Source: Dehalococcoidia bacterium
GTDB taxonomy: Bacteria > Chloroflexota > Dehalococcoidia > GIF9 > AB-539-J10
Length of the DNA stretch: 46,197 nucleotides
Assembly: GCA_035530115.1 (NCBI GenBank)
Contig: DATKVL010000109.1
Location: 1-46,197 of the forward strand
Reading direction: 5' to 3'
Shown here one piece after another: positions 41,924 to 46,197 of the stretch. The translations under genes and the position numbers were made by a program. The notes below the pieces were generated by a model. The model did no database searches. It was given only the letters and a program-made list of their open reading frames with translations, and had not been told where the DNA came from. Position 1 is the first letter of the stretch. Every line of letters starts with the position of its first letter.

Positions 41924-42802
41924 ATGGGCGGGGGTGGAAGTGGGGGAAGTTCTGGGGGAGATGTAGTAAGGACTACTAGGTATGCTCCATATGTAGAGGA
42001 AGCTCATAATAGTTTTCTTAACAATACTACAGCAGTTAGAAATACTATCATAGATGATTCCCCTTATTTAGGGTTTACTAACATCACTACAGATGAGGCA
42101 TTCTTTGGAATTGGATATATTATGGGGAGTTTTCCATCTCTCTATGATACCTTCGGAAAGTACATGGCAGGATTGGATATTGAGGAGTTATGGAATAAGG
42201 TAGCTTCAGAGATATTTAATAATCCAGATATAGATTCAGATATTAAATCTAGGATGCAGGTTATAGATGATGATATAACATTAAAGCTTGCAGCATTTAC
42301 TTTAAGTATGCGTAATGTAAACTGTACCAACTCATCATCCTTTGTAGTAGGTAAAGCAGTAATAGAGGATTATAGATTAAAGATGCTGAGTGATGTAAGT
42401 AAGGAAGTAAAGTTTAGACTTCTCCCTAATATCCAAACTGATTTTATAACCTCGTTGAATTGGAATTCAGGAAATGTTAAAGTATATGCATTATCTATGA
42501 AGTTATACTTTACATCAAAGTTGGCTGCAGATGATGATAATTATACTAATGCTGCAAGAGACATTCTATGGCCTTTTACAGTATTAGGATTTGAATTAAT
42601 GGCTATTGGAGCCCTTCAGGGAACTAGAGCATTTCAAAAAACTGCTGATAGAGTAGGAAGGTCTGGAGTTTCTAAAGGGCTTTTAGTACTTTCAAATACT
42701 GTAACTGGTGCTTATATTGGATCATCATGGGGGCCTGTAGGAACAGTAGTTGGAGCTGTTGTAGGTTTTGTAATTGGAATAGCAACTTTATTCTTTGAAT
42801 AA
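41924..42802 (+). CDS. Virion protein, paralog 2 (292 aa) with a hydrophobic Gly-zipper C-terminus
   Basis: Tandem paralog of 40907..41911. C-terminus GPVGTVVGAVVGFVIGIATLFF. Confidence 0.65.
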   Translation: MGGGGSGGSSGGDVVRTTRYAPYVEEAHNSFLNNTTAVRNTIIDDSPYLGFTNITTDEAFFGIGYIMGSFPSLYDTFGKYMAGLDIEELWNKVASEIFNNPDIDSDIKSRMQVIDDDITLKLAAFTLSMRNVNCTNSSSFVVGKAVIEDYRLKMLSDVSKEVKFRLLPNIQTDFITSLNWNSGNVKVYALSMKLYFTSKLAADDDNYTNAARDILWPFTVLGFELMAIGALQGTRAFQKTADRVGRSGVSKGLLVLSNTVTGAYIGSSWGPVGTVVGAVVGFVIGIATLFFE

Positions 42803-42820
42803 TACTATTAGGAGATTACT

Positions 42821-43195
42821 ATGATTACTGCAGAAGAGAGAGAAGATATTATAAATGCTACAGTTGAGAGAACTTTGTTGCTTCTTCCAGAAACTGTAGG
42901 TAATCTTATAGCTAATCATATGGCTATGAGTAAACTTAATAGTGAATTCTATGCAGCGCATCCTGAGTTTAGAGATAAGAAAGATGTTGTGGTGGCAGTT
43001 ATGGAAATGGTAGAGGGGGAAAATCCTATTGATAATTACGAAGATCTTCTTAAAAAGGCAGTTCCTAAGATTAGAGAACGTATCAGCATTTTAAAAACTG
43101 CTGATGTGGATAGTGTTAAACCAAGCCCTAATCGGGATTTCAGTACTATGGGAATTGTAGAAGGTGAAGTTAAATCTACTAATGGAGAACTTTAA
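42821..43195 (+). CDS. Hypothetical virion-module protein (124 aa)
   Basis: AGGAGA SD. Confidence 0.6.
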   Translation: MITAEEREDIINATVERTLLLLPETVGNLIANHMAMSKLNSEFYAAHPEFRDKKDVVVAVMEMVEGENPIDNYEDLLKKAVPKIRERISILKTADVDSVKPSPNRDFSTMGIVEGEVKSTNGEL

Positions 43196-43680
43196 TGTCT
43201 TTAGTAATTGATAGAGGTGGTGGTTTTACATTATCTATTGAGAGTGAACAATTATCTAAGGGGTTACGCCCTAGTAAGAGACTGCAAAGGGATAGTAATT
43301 TCTTAACGGTTTGTAACGGGGCAGTAGGTAGAGATGGAGTTTTATGTACTATAGATCAGTTGACTAGAATGGTTACTGATGTTATTGTAGATGGGTTTCC
43401 CTACCCTCAAGTGTTTGTATTGACTAGCATGATTATAGTATGCGGGTTGACCAAGATTTATGAGATAGTAGAAGGGGTGCTGATAGAGAAGTTAACTGTA
43501 ACTGCTGGCAATACTTGGAGTTTAGTAGACTTTAATGACTATGTATATATGAGTAATGGTATGGTAGCAGTAACTAGAAGTGTGGCAGATAAAACTTATA
43601 GCTTATCAACTACTCTACCAGTAGCAAATGCTATATGCAATAATAACGGACAGATTATTATCGGTGGGTTAACTACTTAA
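43195..43680 (+). CDS. Hypothetical virion-module protein (161 aa)
   Basis: TAATG coupling. Confidence 0.6.
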   Translation: MSLVIDRGGGFTLSIESEQLSKGLRPSKRLQRDSNFLTVCNGAVGRDGVLCTIDQLTRMVTDVIVDGFPYPQVFVLTSMIIVCGLTKIYEIVEGVLIEKLTVTAGNTWSLVDFNDYVYMSNGMVAVTRSVADKTYSLSTTLPVANAICNNNGQIIIGGLTT

Positions 43681-43694
43681 TTTAGAGGTATGAT

Positions 43695-44162
43695 ATGGGC
43701 ATTTTTGATTTTCTATCTAGTGATACAGCTGCTACTGATATACCAGGCCAAGTTCCACCAGCTACAGAAACTTCTACATCTGGAAAACTTCTAACTGATC
43801 CAAATTTTCTTAGGTTGTTAGCAGGTATGGGTTCAGGATTCTCTAAAGGTCTTGGGGCTGGAGAGGCTATAGGAGGTGCTACAACTGAGATGATAAGGAA
43901 TCAGCAAGTGCAGAAAGCTGGGGGGAATATTCTTAAACAACTTCTAGGGGGTGGGACTACTATTCCTACACCTACTCCTAGAGGCATGGCTGGGCCTGAT
44001 GCAGTTACTACTAAGAGGACTGCTGATGGAACTACTACAACTGTACAAGAGCCCTCTGCTGCAAATCTAAGTAGTTATGGAACTAATGTTCCTGCAGAGA
44101 ATATGAGTGCTAAGGGAGGAGCCGTTGAGCAATCCCCTTTCTGGAAAGCCCTGCTTCAGTAA
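43695..44162 (+). CDS. Low-complexity virion protein (155 aa), the zero-frame product of a candidate -1 frameshift pair
   Basis: GAGG SD. Gly/Thr/Pro-rich. The slippery site lies 7 codons before its stop. Confidence 0.65.
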   Translation: MGIFDFLSSDTAATDIPGQVPPATETSTSGKLLTDPNFLRLLAGMGSGFSKGLGAGEAIGGATTEMIRNQQVQKAGGNILKQLLGGGTTIPTPTPRGMAGPDAVTTKRTADGTTTTVQEPSAANLSSYGTNVPAENMSAKGGAVEQSPFWKALLQ

Positions 44163-44176
44163 GTACTGGAGTAGGG
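44135..44176 (+). promoter_or_regulatory. Candidate -1 programmed ribosomal frameshift signal
   Basis: C CCU UUC in the zero frame at 44135-44141, a 6-nt spacer, then a 13-bp stem (44148-44160 pairing with 44165-44177, two G-U pairs) closed by an AAGU loop. Confidence 0.55.
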
Positions 44177-44182
44177 CAAGAT

Positions 44183-44920
44183 TTGACTGGTGCTCTAGCT
44201 GGGCAAGATATAGATCTTAGAGGTTTAGGCCCAGAAGAAATTAAGATGATGTTATTAGGTGGGCAGAGTATAGGTAAGATGAAAGCTGATCAAGTTATGG
44301 CTCAGCAAGCTGCTGATATTGCAGGTAAGAAAGATGTAATAGCTAATGCCAAGTTAGCATTGGATGAGAAGAAGGCTAATATTCAGCAGGAACTTGCAGA
44401 GAAAAGAATTACTGCACAGGAAGCTAGAGATCGTGCAAGTCAAGCTGACCGTGATGCTCAGATTGCAGTTAGTCAGGGCCTGCTTGCAGTGGCTATGAGG
44501 AATGCAGATATTGCTAGTAGGAGAGCTGATATATCAGATAAGACTACTAGGGATGCTAATGCCCCTAAGCCTGTTACTCCTGCTCAGCAGTTAGATATGG
44601 ATACTCAGATAGCTGGAATAGGTGCTGCTATCGCAAGTGGTAAGGATAGTAAAGGAAATACTCTTGATCCTGCCTCACTTGATAGTTATGTAGCATTGTA
44701 TAACAAACACTCACCTAATGATAAGTATGTTAAAGCTCCTGATACTTCCCCTAAGACTATTGGCGGGGTGGAGATTCCTTTCACCGGTGAGAAAGGTGGA
44801 TATGTTAAAGTTCCTAAGACTGGAGTAGCTCCTGCAGAGGCATTAGACTTGCTCAAAAAGAATCCTGCACTTAAAGATCAATTCAAGAAGAAATATGGAT
44901 ACTTGCCGGAGGGAATCTAA
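44183..44920 (+). CDS. Coiled-coil virion protein. Either starts independently at the TTG at 44183 (245 aa) or is the -1 frame extension from 44141.
   Basis: The frame is open from 44129 with no ATG or GTG before 44243. The TTG has only a distant GGAG, 11 nt upstream. Confidence 0.6.
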   Translation: MTGALAGQDIDLRGLGPEEIKMMLLGGQSIGKMKADQVMAQQAADIAGKKDVIANAKLALDEKKANIQQELAEKRITAQEARDRASQADRDAQIAVSQGLLAVAMRNADIASRRADISDKTTRDANAPKPVTPAQQLDMDTQIAGIGAAIASGKDSKGNTLDPASLDSYVALYNKHSPNDKYVKAPDTSPKTIGGVEIPFTGEKGGYVKVPKTGVAPAEALDLLKKNPALKDQFKKKYGYLPEGI

Positions 44921-46197
44921 TGGCAAACCCGTTTGATCAGTTTGACTCTGTAGCAACTGGGAGTAATGCTTTTGATCAGTTTGATGAAGTTCCTATAGTT
45001 GCTACTCCTGCAGCTCCAGTTAAAGTTGAGGCTCCTAAAGTTCAACCTAAGACTCTCTTTGGAGATGCAGTAGTTCCTGCATTGATGGAATCTCTAACTA
45101 AGTCTGAGCCTTCTGTTGCAGAACCTGGATTATATGGGGCTGCTAAGGATGTAGCATTGGGAGTTCCTGAAGCTATTGCAGGAATGATCTCTGGACTTAT
45201 AGCTTTCCCATTTGGGCAAGTTGCATCAGCTCCTACAGCTCTTACAGCTATGCTTCCTCAAAGTAGGGGTGATAAGTTTGATGTAGCTGGAGGTTTTGCT
45301 GAAGGACAGAAAGTTGCAGAGAAGATAAGTGCTGCCGGAACTTATCATCCTACTACTGATACAGGCAAACTGTTAATGAAGCCTATTGATTTAGTATTTG
45401 GAACTCTTCTTGGATCAGTAGGGAATACTGTAAGACAGTTGGCAGATCCTACCACTCCAAAAGAAGAGGTTGATAAAAGAGTTCAAGCATCTCATTATGT
45501 TACTAATTCACTTCTTCTTGGACTTCCATTAGTTACTGGTAAATTGCAGAAAGGTAAACCTTTAACTATCTCAGATTTCAAGGAAGTTGAGAAGGCTATC
45601 CCAGTTGATACACCTCCTGATGTAGCATCCGCAGCATTAGAGGCATTGAGGAATTTCAATATTAAGGAAGCTGTATCTTCAAATGTTAAGACTAAGTTTG
45701 AAGGTAATCAGTCTATAGCTGAAGGTCTTATGACTGAGGCTCTTAAGAGAGAGGGCCATGCTAAGGGGGCATTGAATAGAACTGCTAAGATTATCAGTGA
45801 TCTTGAAGGAGACGCAAAAGGAGTAGATTTTAAAAGTATGAAAGGTGTAGGTCCGAAGTCTCAGGCTTTGATTGAGAAGTTTATTAAAGATAGAGATGCT
45901 GTACTTACTCCTGAGATTTCCCCTGTTGAGGAGACTGCAACTCCTATTAATCTTCCAGAAATGGGTAAGAAGTTAGAACCTACAGGCACTGATATTCTAA
46001 CTTCTGAAATGGATAATCCTGATGTAGCTCTTAAACATTTTGAGAACTCTATTCCAGTTGAAGATCAGGCTATAATGGTTGATGTGTTTAAGAATATTAG
46101 GGATAATAAATTACACGAGCAGGTATCCTTTCCTCAACAGCTATTTAATATGGTAGGTGGAGTTTATGAGAAGAGGACTGGAAAGAAGTTAGAAGTA
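44920..46197 (+). CDS. Giant virion protein, N-terminal part (continues into 1..3399)
   Basis: GGAGGG SD and TAATG coupling. My translation begins MANPFDQFDSVATGSNAFDQFDE... An HhH-like GVGPKSQALIEKF is present. There is no stop before the window end. Confidence 0.85.
   Translation, partial: MANPFDQFDSVATGSNAFDQFDEVPIVATPAAPVKVEAPKVQPKTLFGDAVVPALMESLTKSEPSVAEPGLYGAAKDVALGVPEAIAGMISGLIAFPFGQVASAPTALTAMLPQSRGDKFDVAGGFAEGQKVAEKISAAGTYHPTTDTGKLLMKPIDLVFGTLLGSVGNTVRQLADPTTPKEEVDKRVQASHYVTNSLLLGLPLVTGKLQKGKPLTISDFKEVEKAIPVDTPPDVASAALEALRNFNIKEAVSSNVKTKFEGNQSIAEGLMTEALKREGHAKGALNRTAKIISDLEGDAKGVDFKSMKGVGPKSQALIEKFIKDRDAVLTPEISPVEETATPINLPEMGKKLEPTGTDILTSEMDNPDVALKHFENSIPVEDQAIMVDVFKNIRDNKLHEQVSFPQQLFNMVGGVYEKRTGKKLEV

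Overview
The window is a complete, circularly assembled tailed dsDNA phage genome. Bases 1-141 are identical to 46057-46197, so the unique length is 46,056 bp, and the junction falls inside a gene.

Two divergent transcription arms leave one control region at about 24.46-24.98 kb.

1. Leftward (minus-strand) early/replication arm, 24455 down to 3386. It holds about 55 tightly packed, mostly small genes. Recognisable products:
- a UDG-domain::family-A DNA polymerase fusion
- a DUF3987-like replication protein
- ThyX
- a MazG-fold/DUF6378-like protein
- a DnaQ-like exonuclease
- a ParB-domain::DNA methyltransferase fusion
- a recombination module (OB-fold SSB-like protein, Sak4-like ATPase, Cas4-like PD-(D/E)XK nuclease)
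- an ATP-dependent DNA ligase
- at least 10 Cys4 zinc-ribbon miniproteins

2. Rightward (plus-strand) late arm, 24978 to 46197, wrapping to 3399. In order it encodes an HTH protein, a lysis cassette (PLA2-like HD-motif protein, single-TM holin/spanin-like protein, T7-lysozyme-type amidase), TerL, portal, scaffold, major capsid protein, about 16 tail/virion proteins and a 1,511-aa giant virion protein that spans the assembly junction.

I saw no integrase, phage RNA polymerase, tRNA or CRISPR array. Consensus sigma70-type promoters and GGAG-type ribosome-binding sites point to a Gram-negative host.

Main non-coding signals:
- a 29-bp quasi-palindromic motif present nine times, always co-oriented with local transcription and usually abutting the ribosome-binding site
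- two paralogous, GC-rich, roughly 190-205-nt noncoding elements with collinear conserved blocks, which are candidate structured RNAs
- a textbook -1 frameshift signal (CCCUUUC, 6-nt spacer, 13-bp hairpin) linking the two ORFs upstream of the giant gene
- a roughly 700-bp region at 23.0-23.7 kb with a repeat array over a promoter, unannotated miniproteins and an AT-rich tract

All functional calls come from motifs read by eye. No database search was possible.
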